A stretch of 64,000 bases of DNA from Eledone cirrhosa (taxonomy: Eukaryota): the NCBI GenBank assembly GCA_964016885.1, contig OZ024742.1, positions 369,768,001 through 369,832,000 on the forward strand, written 5' to 3'. Positions 42,001 to 56,700 of the stretch are shown here, one piece after another. The translations under genes and the position numbers were made by a program. The notes under the pieces are model-generated. The model did no database searches and was not told the origin of the DNA. It worked only from the letters and a program-made list of their open reading frames with translations. Numbering within the stretch: position 1 is the stretch's first letter; each line of letters opens with the position of its first letter.

Positions 42001-45000
42001 TCTAGGTTGTCATGGGGTAGACAGATCCTGTCTCACAATAGACAGGTCAAGACATCCACTGTACAACATCTTATTGTCTATGTTGACATGGGTTAGACAG
42101 ATCCTGTCTCACAATAGACAGGTCAAGACATCCACTGTACAACATCTTATTGTCTAGGTTGACATGGGTTAGACAGATCCTGTCTCACAATAGACAGGTC
42201 AAGACATCCACTGTACAACATCTTATTGTCTGGGTTGACATGGGTTAGACAGATCCTGTCTCACAATAGACAGGTCAAGACATCCACTGTACATCTTATT
42301 GTCTATGTTGACATGGGTTAGACAGATCCTGTCTCACAATAGACAGGTCAAGACATCCACTGTACAACATCTTATTGTCTAGGTTGACATGGGTTAGACA
42401 GATCCTGTCTCACAATAGATAGGTCAAGACATCCACTGTACAACATCTTATTGTCTAGGTTGACATGGGTTAGACAGATCCTGTCTCACAATAGACAGGT
42501 CAAGACATCCACTGTACAACATCTTATTGTCTAGGTTGAAATGGGTTAGACAGATCCTGTCTCACAATAGACAGGTCAAGACATCCACTGTACAACATCT
42601 TATTGTCTAGGTTGACATGGGTTAGACAGATCCAGTCTCACAATAGATAGGTCAAGACATCCACTGTACAACATCTTATTGTCTAGTTTGACATGGGTTA
42701 GACAGATCCTGTCTCACAATAGACAGGTCAAGTCATCCACTGTACAACATCTTATTATCTAGGTTGACATGGGTTAGACAGATCCATTCTCACAATAGAT
42801 AGGACAAGACATCCACTGTACAACATCTTATTGTCTAGGTTGACATGGGTTAGACAGATCCAGTCTCACAATAAATAGGTCAAGATATCCACTGTACAAC
42901 ATCTTATTGTCTATGTTGGCATGGGTTAGAAAGATACAGTCTCACAATAGATAGGTCAAGACATCCACTATACAACATCTTATTGTCTAGGTTGACATGG
43001 GTTAGACAGATCCTGTCTCACAATAGACAGGTCAAGACATCCACTGTACAACATCTTATTGTCTATGTTGACATGGGTTAGACAGATCCTGTCTCACAAT
43101 AGACCGGTGAAGACATCCACTGTACAACATTTATTGTCTAGGTTGACATGGGTTAGACAGATCCTGTCTCACAATAGACAAGTCAAGACATCCACTGTAC
43201 AACATCTTATTGTCTAGGTTGACATGGGTTAGACAGATCCTGTCTCAGTCAAGACATCCACTGTACAACATCTTATTGTCTATGTTGACTTGGGTTAGAC
43301 AGATCCTGTCTCACAATAGATAGGTCAAGACATCCACTGTACAACATCTTATTGTCTAGGTTGACATGGGTTAGACAGATCCTGTCTCACAATAGACAGG
43401 TCAAGTCATCCACTGTACAAATTCTTATTGTCTAGGTTGACATGTGTTAGACAGATCCAGTCTCACAATAGATAGGTCAAGACATCCACTGTACAACATC
43501 TTATTGTCTAGGTTGACATGGGTTAGACAGATCCATTCTCACAATAGATAGGTCAAGACATCCACTGTACAACATCTTATTGTCTAGGTTGGCATGGATT
43601 AGACAGATCCAGTCTCACAATAGATAGGTCAAGACATCCACTATACAACTTCTTATTGTCTAGGTTGACATGGGTTAGACAGATCCTGTCTCACAATAGA
43701 CAGGTCAAGACATCCACTGTACAACATCTTATTGTCTATGTTGACATGGGTTAGACAGATCCTGTCTCACAATAGACAGGTCAAGACATCCACTGTACAT
43801 CTTATTGTCTATGTTGGCATGGGTTAGACAGATCCTGTTTCACAATAGACAGGTCAAGACATCCACTGTACATCTTATTGTCTATGTTGGCATGGGTTAG
43901 ACAGATCCTGTTTCACAATAGACAGGTCAAGACATCCACTGTACAACATCTTATTGTCTATGTTGTCATGGGTTAGACAGATCCTGTCTCACAATAGACA
44001 GGTCAAGACATCCACTGTAAAACATCTTATTGTCTAGGTTGACATGGGTTAGACAGATCCTGTCTCACAATAGATAGGTCAAGACATCCACTGTACAACA
44101 TCTTATTGTCTAGGTTGACATGGGTTAGACAGATACTGTCTCACAATAGATAGGTCCAGACATCCACTGTACAACATCTTATTGTCTAGGTTGACATGGG
44201 TTAGACTTATCCTGTCTCACAATAGACAGGTCAAGACATCCACTGTACAACATCTTATTGTCTAGGTTGACATGGGTTAGACAGATCCTGTCTCACAATA
44301 GACAGGTCAAGACATCCACTGTACAACATCTTATTGTCTAAGTTGGCATGGGTTAGACAGATCCTGACTCACAATAGATAGGTCAAGACATCCACTGTAC
44401 AACATCTTATTGTCTAAGTTGACATTGGTTAGACAGACCTTGTCTCACAATAGACAGGTCAAGACATCCACTGTACAACATCTTATTGTCTATGTTGACA
44501 AGGGTTAGACAGATCCTGTCTCACAATACACATGTCAAGAGATCCACTGTACAACATCTTATTGTCTAGGTTGACATGGGTTAGACTGATCCTGTCTCAC
44601 AATAGACAGGTCAAGACATCCACTGTACAACATCTTATTGTCTATGTTGACATGGGTTAGACAGATCCTGTCGCACAATAGACAGGTCAAGACATCCACT
44701 GTACAACATCTTATTGTCTAGGTTGACATGGGTTAGACAGATCCTGTCTCACAATAGACAGGTCAAGACATCCACTGTACAACATCTTATTGTCTAGCTT
44801 GACATGGGTTAGACAGATCCTGTCTCACAATAGACAGGTCAAGACATCCACTATACAACATCTTATTGTCTATGTTGACATGGGTTAGACAGATCCTGTC
44901 TCACAATAGACAGGTCAAGACATCCACTGTACAACATCTTATTGTCTATGTTGACACGGGTTAGACAGATCCTGTCTCACAATACACATGTCAAGACATC

Positions 45001-48000
45001 CACTGTACAACATCTTATTGTCTAGGTTGACATGGGTTAGACAGATCCTGTCTCACAATAGACAGGTCAAGACATCCACTGTACAACATCTTATTGTCTA
45101 TGTTGACATGGGTTAGACAGATCCTGTCGCACAATAGACAGGTCAAGACATCCACTGTACAACATCTTATTGTCTAGGTTGACATGGGTTAGACAGATCC
45201 TGTCTCACAATAGACAGGTCAAGACGTCCACTGTACAACATCTTATTGTCTAGCTTGACATGGGTTAGACAGATCCAGTCTCACAATAGATAGGTCAAGA
45301 CATCCACTGTACAACATCTTATTGTCTAGGTTGACATGGGTTAGACAGATCCTGTCTCACAATAGACAGGTCAAGACATCCACTGTACAACATCTTATTG
45401 TCTAAGTTGACATGGGTTAGACAGATCCTGTCTCACAATAGAGAGGTCAAGACATCCACTGTACAACATCTTATAGTCTAGGTTGACATGGGTTACACAG
45501 ATCCAGGCTCACAATAGATAGGTCAAGACATCCACTGTACAACATCTTATTGTCTAAGTTGACATTGGTTAGACAGACCTTGTCTCACGATAGACAGGTC
45601 AAGACATCCACTGTACAACATCTTATTGTCTGGGTTGACATGGGTTAGACAGATCCTGTCTCACAATGGACAGGTCAAGACATCCACTGTACAACATCTT
45701 ATTGTCTGGGTTGACATGGGTTAGACAGATCCTGTCTCACAATAGACAGGTCAAGACATCCACTGTACAACATCTTATTGTCTAGGTTGACATGGGTTAG
45801 ACAGATCCAGTCTCACAATAGATAGGTCAAGACATCCACTGTACAACATCTTATTGTCTAGGTTGACATGGGTTAGACAGATCCTGTCTCACAATAGACA
45901 GGTCAAGTCATCCAATGTACAACATCTTATTGTCTAGGTTGACATGGGTTAGACAGATCCATTCTCACAATAGATAGGTCAAGACATCCACTGTACAACA
46001 TCTCATTGTCTAGGTTGACATGGGTTAGACAGATCCAGTCTCACAATAGATAGGGCAAGACATCCACTGTACAACATCTTATTGTCAAGGTTGGCATGGG
46101 TTAGACAGATCCTGTCTCACAATAGACAGGTCAAGACATCCACTGTACAACATCTTATTGTCTATGTTGACATGGGTTAGAGAGATCCTGTCTCACAATA
46201 GACAGGTCAAGACATCCACTGTACAACATCTTATTGTCTATGTTGACATGGGTTAGACAGATTCTGTCTCACAATAGAGAGGTCAAGACATCCACTGTAC
46301 AACATCTTATTGTCTAGGTTGACATGGGTTAGACAGATCCAGTCTCACAATAGATAGGTCAAGACATCCACTGTACAACATCTTATTGTCTAGGTTGACA
46401 TGGGTTAGACAGATCGAGTCTCACAATAGATAGGTCAAGACATCCACTGTACAACATCTTATTGTCTAGGTTGACATGGGTTAGACAGATCGAGTCTCAC
46501 AATAGATAGGTCAAGACATCCACTATACAAAATCTTATTGTCTAGGTTGACATGGGTTAGACAGATCCTGTCTCACAATAGACAGGTCAAGACATCTACT
46601 GTACAACATATTATTGTCTATGTTGACACGGGTTAGACAGATCCTGTCTCACAATACACAGGTCAAGACATCCACTGTACAACATCTTATTGTCTAGGCT
46701 GACATGGGTTAGACAGATCCTGTCTCACAATAGACAGGTCAAGACATCTACTGTACAACATCTTATTGTCTATGTTGACATGGGTTAGACAGATCCTGTC
46801 TCACAATAGACAGGTCAAGACATCCACTGTACAACATCTTATTGTCTAGGTTGACATGGGTTAGACAGATCCTGTCTCACAATAGACAGGTCAAGTCAGC
46901 CACTGTACAACATCTTATTGTCTAGGTTGACATGGGTTAGACAGATCCTGTCTCACAATAGATAGGTCAAGACATCCACTGTACAACATCTTATTGTCTA
47001 GGTTGACATGGGTTAGACAGATCCTGTCTCACAATAGACAGGTGAAGACATCCACTGTACAACATCTTATCGTCTAGGTTGACATGGGTTAGACAGATCC
47101 TGTCTCACAATAGAGAGGTCAAGACATCCACTGTACAACATCTTATAGTCTAGGTTGACATGGGTTAGACAGATCCAGGCTCACAATAGATAGGTCAAGA
47201 CATCCACTGTACATCTTATTGTCTAGGTTGGCATGGGTTAGAGAGATCCTGTCTCACAATAGACAGGTCAAGACATCCACTGTACAACATCTTATTGTCT
47301 AGGTTGACATGGGTTAGACAGATCCTGTCTCACAATAGACAGGTCAAGACATCCACTGTACAACATCTTATTGTCTAAGTTGGCATGGGTTAGACAGATC
47401 CTGACTCACAATAGATAGGTCAAGACATCCACTGTACAACATCTTATTGTCTAAGTTGACATTGGTTAGACAGACCTTGTCTCACAATAGACAGGTCAAG
47501 ACATCCACTGTACAACATCTTATTGTCTGGGTTGACATGGGTTAGACAGATCCTGTCTCACAATGGACAGGTCAAGACATCCACTGTACAACATCTTATT
47601 GTCTGGGTTGACATGGGTTAGACAGATCCTGTCTCACAATAGACAGGTCAAGACATCCACTGTACAACATATTATTGTCTAGGTTGACATGGGTTAGACA
47701 GATCCAGTCTCACAATAGATAGGTCAAGACATCCACTGTACAACATCTTATTGTCTAGGTTGACATGGTTTAGACAGATCCTGTCTCACAATAGACAGGT
47801 CAAGACATCCACTGTACAACATCTTATTGTCTAGGTTGACATGGGTTAGACAGATCCTGTCTCACAATAGACAGGTCAAGACATCCACTGTACAACATCT
47901 TATTGTCTAGGTTGACATGGGTTAGACAGAATCCATTCTCACAATAGATAGGTCAAGACATCCACTGTACAACATCTCATTGTCTAGGTTGACATGGGTT

Positions 48001-48936
48001 AGACAGATCCAGTCTCACAATAGATAGGTCAAGACATCCACTGTACAACATCTTATTGTCTAGGTTGGCATGGGTTAGACAGATCCAGTCTCACAATAGA
48101 TAGGTCAAGACATCCACTATACAACATCTTATTGTCTAGGTTGACATGGGTTAGACAGATCCTGTCTCACAATAGACAGGTCAAGACATCCACTGTACAA
48201 CATCTTATTGTCTATGTTGACATGGGTTAGACAGATCCTGTCTCACAATAGACAGGTCAAGACATCCACTGTACAACATCTTATTGCCTAGGTTGACATG
48301 GGTTAGACAGATCCTGCTCACAATAGATAGGTCAAGACATCCACTGTACAACATCTAATTGTCTAGGTTGACATGGGTTAGACAGATCCTGTCTCACAAT
48401 AGACAGGTCAAGACATCCAACATCTTAGTGTCTAGGTTGACATGGGTTAGACAGATCCTCTCTCACAATAGACAGGTCAAGACATCCACTGTACAACATC
48501 TTATTGTCTAGGTTGACATGGGTTAGACAGATCCAGTCTCACAATAGATAGGTCAAGACATCCACTGTACAACATCTAATTGTCTAGGTTGACATGGGTT
48601 AGACAAATCCTGTCTCACAATAGACAGGTCAAGTTATCCACTGTACAACATCTTATTGTCTAGGTTGACATGGGTTAGACAGATCCAGTCTCACAATAGA
48701 TAGGTCAAGACATCCACTGTACAACATCTTATTGTCTAGGTTGACATGGGTTAGACAGATCCAGTCTCACAATAGATAGGTCAAGACATCCACTGTACAA
48801 CATCTAATTGTCTAGGTTGACATGGGGTAGACAGATCCTGTCTCACAATAGACAGGTCAAGTTATCCACTGTACAACATCTTATTGTCTAGGTTGACATG
48901 GGTTAGACAGATCCAGTCTCACAATAGATAGGTCAA

Positions 48937-51900
48937 GACATCCACTGTCCAACATCTTATTGTCTAGGTTGACATGGGTTAGACAGATCCATTCTCACAA
49001 TAGATAGGTCAAAACATCCACTGTACAACATCTTATTGTCTGGGTTGACATGGGTTAGACAGATCCTGTCTCACAATGGACAGGTCAAGACATCCACTGT
49101 ACAACATCTTATTGTCTGGGTTGACATGGGTTAGACAGATCCTGTCTCACAATAGACAGGTCAAGACATCCACTGTACAACATCTTATTGTCTAGGTTGA
49201 CATGGGTTAGACAGATCCAGTCTCACAATAGATAGGTCAAGACATCCACTGTACAACATCTTATTGTCTAGGTTGACATGGGTTAGACAGATCCTGTCTC
49301 ACAATAGACAGGTCAAGTCATCCAATGTACAACATCTTATTGTCTAGGTTGACATGGGTTAGACAGATCCATTCTCACAATAGATAGGTCAAGACATCCA
49401 CTGTACAACATCTCATTGTCTAGGTTGACATGGGTTAGACAGATCCAGTCTCATAATAGATAGGTCAAGACATCCACTGTACAACATCTTATTGTCTAGG
49501 TTGGCATGGGTTAGACAGATCCTGTCTCACAATAGACAGGTCAAGACATCCACTGTACAACATCTTATTGTCTATGTTGACATGGGTTAGAGAGATCCTG
49601 TCTCACAATAGACAGGTCAAGACATCCACTGTACAACATCTTATTGTCTATGTTGACATGGGTTAGACAGATTCTGTCTCACAATAGAGAGGTCAAGACA
49701 TCCACTGTACAACATCTTATTGTCTAGGTTGACATGGGTTAGACAGATCCAGTCTCACAATAGATAGGTCAAGACATCCACTGTACAACATCTTATTGTC
49801 TAGGTTGACATGGGTTAGACAGATCGAGTCTCACAATAGATAGGTCAAGACATCCACTGTACAACATCTTATTGTCTAGGTTGACATGGGTTAGACAGAT
49901 CGAGTCTCACAATAGATAGGTCAAGACATCCACTATACAAAATCTTATTGTCTAGGTTGACATGGGTTAGACAGATCCTGTCTCACAATAGACAGGTGAA
50001 GACATACTGTACAACATCTTATTGTCTATGTTGAGATGGGTTAGACAGATCCTGTCTCACAATAGCCAGGTCAAGACATCCACTGTACAACATCTTATTG
50101 TCTAGGTTGACATGGGTTAGACAGATCCTGTCTCACAATAGACAGGTCAAGACATCCACTGTACAACATCTTATTGTCTAGGTTGACATGGGTTAGACAG
50201 ATCCATTCTCACAATAGATAGGTCAAGACATCCACTGTACAACATCTTATTGTCTAGGTTGGCATGGGTTAGACAGATCCAGTCTCACAATAGATAGGTC
50301 AAGACATCCACTATACAACATCTTATTGTCTAGGTTGACATGGGTTAGACAGATCCTGTCTCACAATAGACAGGTCAAGACATCTACTGTACAACATCTT
50401 ATTGTCTATGTTGACACGGATAAGACAGTTCCTGTCTCACAATACACAGGTCAAGACATCCACTGTACAACATCTTATTGTCTAGGTTGACATGGGTTAG
50501 ACAGATCCTGTCTCACAATAGACAGGTCAAGACATCCACTGTACAACATCTTATTGTCTAAGTTGGCATGGGTTAGACAGATCCTGACTCACAATAGATA
50601 GGTCAAGACATCCACTGTACAACATCTTATTGTCTAAGTTGACATTGGTTAGACAGACCTTGTCTCACAATAGACAGGTCAAGACATCCACTGTACAACA
50701 TCTTATTGTCTATGTTGACAAGGGTTAGACAGATCCTGTCTCACAATACACATGTCAAGAGATCCACTGTACAACATCTTATTGTCTAGGTTGACATGGG
50801 TTAGACTGATCCTGTCTCACAATAGACAGGTCAAGACATCCACTGTACAACATCTTATTGTCTATGTTGACATGGGTTAGACAGATCCTGTCGCACAATA
50901 GACAGGTCAAGACATCCACTGTACAACATCTTATTGTCTAGGTTGACATGGGTTAGACAGATCCTGTCTCACAATAGACAGGTCAAGACATCCACTGTAC
51001 AACATCTTATTGTCTAGGTTGACATGGGTTAGACAGATCCAGTCTCACAATAGATAGGTCAAGACATCCACTGTCCAACATCTTATTGTCTAGGTTGACA
51101 TGGGTTAGACAGATCCATTCTCACAATAGATAGGTCAAAACATCCACTGTACAACATCTTATTGTCTGGGTTGACATGGGTTAGACAGATCCTGTCTCAC
51201 AATGGACAGGTCAAGACATCCACTGTACAACATCTTATTGTCTGGGTTGACATGGGTTAGACAGATCCTGTCTCACAATAGACAGGTCAAGACATCCACT
51301 GTACAACATCTTATTGTCTAGGTTGACATGGGTTAGACAGATCCAGTCTCACAATAGATAGGTCAAGACATCCACTGTACAACATCTTATTGTCTAGGTT
51401 GACATGGGTTAGACAGATCCTGTCTCACAATAGACAGGTCAAGTCATCCAATGTACAACATCTTATTGTCTAGGTTGACATGGGTTAGACAGATCCATTC
51501 TCACAATAGATAGGTCAAGACATCCACTGTACAACATCTCATTGTCTAGGTTGACATGGGTTAGACAGATCCAGTCTCATAATAGATAGGTCAAGACATC
51601 CACTGTACAACATCTTATTGTCTAGGTTGGCATGGGTTAGACAGATCCTGTCTCACAATAGACAGGTCAAGACATCCACTGTACAACATCTTATTGTCTA
51701 TGTTGACATGGGTTAGAGAGATCCTGTCTCACAATAGACAGGTCAAGAGATCCACTGTACAACATCTTATTGTCTATGTTGACATGGGTTAGACAGATTC
51801 TGTCTCACAATAGAGAGGTCAAGACATCCACTGTACAACATCTTATTGTCTAGGTTGACATGGGTTAGACAGATCCAGTCTCACAATAGATAGGTCAAGA

Positions 51901-53110
51901 CATCCACTGTACAACATCTTATTGTCTAGGTTGACATGGGTTAGACAGATCCTGTCTCACAATAGATAGGTCAAGACATCCACTGTACAACATCTTATTG
52001 TCTAGGTTGACATGGGTTAGACAGATCGAGTCTCACAATAGATAGGTCAAGACATCCACTATACAAAATCTTATTGTCTAGGTTGACATGGGTTAGACAG
52101 ATCCTGTCTCACAATAGACAGGTGAAGACATACTGTACAACATCTTATTGTCTATGTTGAGATGGGTTAGACAGATCCTGTCTCACAATAGCCAGGTCAA
52201 GACATCCACTGTACAACATCTTATTGTCTAGGTTGACATGGGTTAGACAGATCCTGTCTCACAATAGACAGGTCAAGACATCCACTATACAACATCTTAT
52301 TGTCTAGGTTGACATGGGTTAGACAGATCCATTCTCACAATAGATAGGTCAAGACATCCACTGTACAACATCTTATTGTCTAGGTTGGCATGGGTTAGAC
52401 AGATCCAGTCTCACAATAGATAGGTCAAGACATCCACTATACAACATCTTATTGTCTAGGTTGACATGGGTTAGACAGATCCTGTCTCACAATAGACAGG
52501 TCAAGACATCTACTGTACAACATCTTATTGTCTATGTTGACACGGATAAGACAGTTCCTGTCTCACAATACACAGGTCAAGACATCCACTGTACAACATC
52601 TTATTGTCTAGGTTGACATGGGTTAGACAGATCCTGTCTCACAATAGACAGGTCAAGACATCCACTGTACAACATCTTATTGTCTAAGTTGGCATGGGTT
52701 AGACAGATCCTGACTCACAATAGATAGGTCAAGACATCCACTGTACAACATCTTATTGTCTAAGTTGACATTGGTTAGACAGACCTTGTCTCACAATAGA
52801 CAGGTCAAGACATCCACTGTACAACATCTTATTGTCTATGTTGACAAGGGTTAGACAGATCCTGTCTCACAATACACATGTCAAGAGATCCACTGTACAA
52901 CATCTTATTGTCTAGGTTGACATGGGTTAGACTGATCCTGTCTCACAATAGACAGGTCAAGACATCCACTGTACAACATCTTATTGTCTATGTTGACATG
53001 GGTTAGACAGATCCTGTCGCACAATAGACAGGTCAAGACATCCACTGTACAACATCTTATTGTCTAGGTTGACATGGGTTAGACAGATCCTGTCTCACAA
53101 TAGACAGGTC
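48937..53110. repeat. Tandem duplication of a 28-monomer block (2126 bp)
   Basis: TGTCCAAC is at 48946 and 51072 (2126 = 28x76-2). Shared markers include AATGGAC, GTCATCCAATGT, GATCGAG, GACATACTGT, TAGCCAGG, CACGGATAAGACAGTTCC and AAGAGATCC. Confidence 0.9.
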
Positions 53111-54119
53111 AAGACATCCACTGTACAACATCTTATTGTCTAGCTTGACATGGGTTAGACAGATCCTGTCTCACAATAGACTGGTCAAGACATCCACTAT
53201 ACAACATCTTATTGTCTATGTTGACATGGGTTAGACAGATCCTGTCTCACAATAGACAGGTCAAGACATCCACTGTACAACATATTATTGTCTAGGTTGA
53301 CATGGGTTAGACAGATCCAGTCTCACAATAGATAGGTCAAGACATCCACTGTACAACATCTTATTGTCTAGGTTGACATGGTTTAGACAGATCCTGTCTC
53401 ACAATAGACAGGTCAAGACATCCACTGTACAACATCTTATTGTCTAGGTTGACATGGGTTAGACAGATCCTGTCTCACAATAGACAGGTCAAGACATCCA
53501 CTGTACAACATCTTATTGTCTAGGTTGACATGGGTTAGACAGAATCCATTCTCACAATAGATAGGTCAAGACATCCACTGTACAACATCTCATTGTCTAG
53601 GTTGACATGGGTTAGACAGATCCAGTCTCACAATAGATAGGTCAAGACATCCACTGTACAACATCTTATTGTCTAGGTTGCCATGGGTTAGACTGATCCT
53701 GTCTCACAATAGATAGGTCAAGACATCCACTGTACAACATCTTATTGTCTAGGTTGCCATGGGTTAGACTGATCCTGTCTCACAATAGACAGGTCAAGAC
53801 ATCCACTGTACAACATCTTATTGTCTAGGTTGGCATGGGTTAGACAGATCCAGTCTCACAATAGATAGGTCAAGACATCCACTATACAACATCTTATTGT
53901 CTAGGTTGACATGGGTTAGACAGATCCTGTCTCACAATAGACAGGTCAAGACATCCACTGTACAACATCTTATTGTCTATGTTGACATGGGTTAGACAGA
54001 TCCTGTCTCACAATAGACAGGTCAAGACATCCACTGTACAACATCTTATTGCCTAGGTTGACATGGGTTAGACAGATCCTGTCTCACAATAGACAGGTCA
54101 AGACATCCAACATCTTAGT

Positions 54120-56700
54120 GTCTAGGTTGACATGGGTTAGACAGATCCTCTCTCACAATAGACAGGTCAAGACATCCACTGTACAACATCTTATTGTCTA
54201 GGTTGACATGGGTTAGACAGATCCAGTCTCACAATAGATAGGTCAAGACATCCACTGTACAACATCTAATTGTCTAGGTTGACATGGGTTAGACAAATCC
54301 TGTCTCACAATAGACAGGTCAAGTTATCCACTGTACAACATCTTATTGTCTAGGTTGACATGGGTTAGACAGATCCAGTCTCACAATAGATAGGTCAAGA
54401 CATCCACTGTACAACATCTTATTGTCTAGGTTGACATGGGTTAGACAGATCCAGTCTCACAATAGATAGGTCAAGACATCCACTGTACAACATCTAATTG
54501 TCTAGGTTGACATGGGGTAGACAGATCCTGTCTCACAATAGACAGGTCAAGTTATCCACTGTACAACATCTTATTGTCTAGGTTGACATGGGTTAGACAG
54601 ATCCAGTCTCACAATAGATAGGTCAAGACATCCACTGTCCAACATCTTATTGTCTAGGTTGACATGGGTTAGACAGATCCATTCTCACAATAGATAGGTC
54701 AAAACATCCACTGTACAACATCTTATTGTCTGGGTTGACATGGGTTAGACAGATCCTGTCTCACAATGGACAGGTCAAGACATCCACTGTACAACATCTT
54801 ATTGTCTGGGTTGACATGGGTTAGACAGATCCTGTCTCACAATAGACAGGTCAAGACATCCACTGTACAACATCTTATTGTCTAGGTTGACATGGGTTAG
54901 ACAGATCCAGTCTCACAATAGATAGGTCAAGACATCCACTGTACAACATCTTATTGTCTAGGTTGACATGGGTTAGACAGATCCTGTCTCACAATAGACA
55001 GGTCAAGTCATCCAATGTACAACATCTTATTGTCTAGGTTGACATGGGTTAGACAGATCCATTCTCACAATAGATAGGTCAAGACATCCACTGTACAACA
55101 TCTCATTGTCTAGGTTGACATGGGTTAGACAGATCCAGTCTCATAATAGATAGGTCAAGACATCCACTGTACAACATCTTATTGTCTAGGTTGGCATGGG
55201 TTAGACAGATCCTGTCTCACAATAGACAGGTCAAGACATCCACTGTACAACATCTTATTGTCTATGTTGACATGGGTTAGAGAGATCCTGTCTCACAATA
55301 GACAGGTCAAGACATCCACTGTACAACATCTTATTGTCTATGTTGACATGGGTTAGACAGATTCTGTCTCACAATAGAGAGGTCAAGACATCCACTGTAC
55401 AACATCTTATTGTCTAGGTTGACATGGGTTAGACAGATCCTCTCTCACAATAGACAGGTCAAGACATCCACTGTACAACATCTTATTGTCTAGGTTGACA
55501 TGGGTTAGACAGATCCAGTCTCACAATAGATAGGTCAAGACATCCACTGTACAACATCTAATTGTCTAGGTTGACATGGGTTAGACAAATCCTGTCTCAC
55601 AATAGACAGGTCAAGTTATCCACTGTACAACATCTTATTGTCTAGGTTGACATGGGTTAGACAGATCCAGTCTCACAATAGATAGGTCAAGACATCCACT
55701 GTACAACATCTTATTGTCTAGGTTGACATGGGTTAGACAGATCCAGTCTCACAATAGATAGGTCAAGACATCCACTGTACAACATCTAATTGTCTAGGTT
55801 GACATGGGGTAGACAGATCCTGTCTCACAATAGACAGGTCAAGTTATCCACTGTACAACATCTTATTGTCTAGGTTGACATGGGTTAGACAGATCCAGTC
55901 TCACAATAGATAGGTCAAGACATCCACTGTCCAACATCTTATTGTCTAGGTTGACATGGGTTAGACAGATCCATTCTCACAATAGATAGGTCAAAACATC
56001 CACTGTACAACATCTTATTGTCTGGGTTGACATGGGTTAGACAGATCCTGTCTCACAATGGACAGGTCAAGACATCCACTGTACAACATCTTATTGTCTG
56101 GGTTGACATGGGTTAGACAGATCCTGTCTCACAATAGACAGGTCAAGACATCCACTGTACAACATCTTATTGTCTAGGTTGACATGGGTTAGACAGATCC
56201 AGTCTCACAATAGATAGGTCAAGACATCCACTGTACAACATCTTATTGTCTAGGTTGACATGGGTTAGACAGATCCTGTCTCACAATAGACAGGTCAAGT
56301 CATCCAATGTACAACATCTTATTGTCTAGGTTGACATGGGTTAGACAGATCCATTCTCACAATAGATAGGTCAAGACATCCACTGTACAACATCTCATTG
56401 TCTAGGTTGACATGGGTTAGACAGATCCAGTCTCATAATAGATAGGTCAAGACATCCACTGTACAACATCTTATTGTCTAGGTTGGCATGGGTTAGACAG
56501 ATCCTGTCTCACAATAGACAGGTCAAGACATCCACTGTACAACATCTTATTGTCTATGTTGACATGGGTTAGAGAGATCCTGTCTCACAATAGACAGGTC
56601 AAGACATCCACTGTACAACATCTTATTGTCTATGTTGACATGGGTTAGACAGATTCTGTCTCACAATAGAGAGGTCAAGACATCCACTGTACAACATCTT
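54120..56700. repeat. Tandem duplication of a 17-monomer block (1292 bp)
   Basis: ACAGATCCTCTCTC is at 54141 and 55433, and TGTCCAAC is at 54636 and 55928 (1292 = 17x76). ACAAATCC, AAGTTATCC and TGGGGTAG are also shared. Confidence 0.9.
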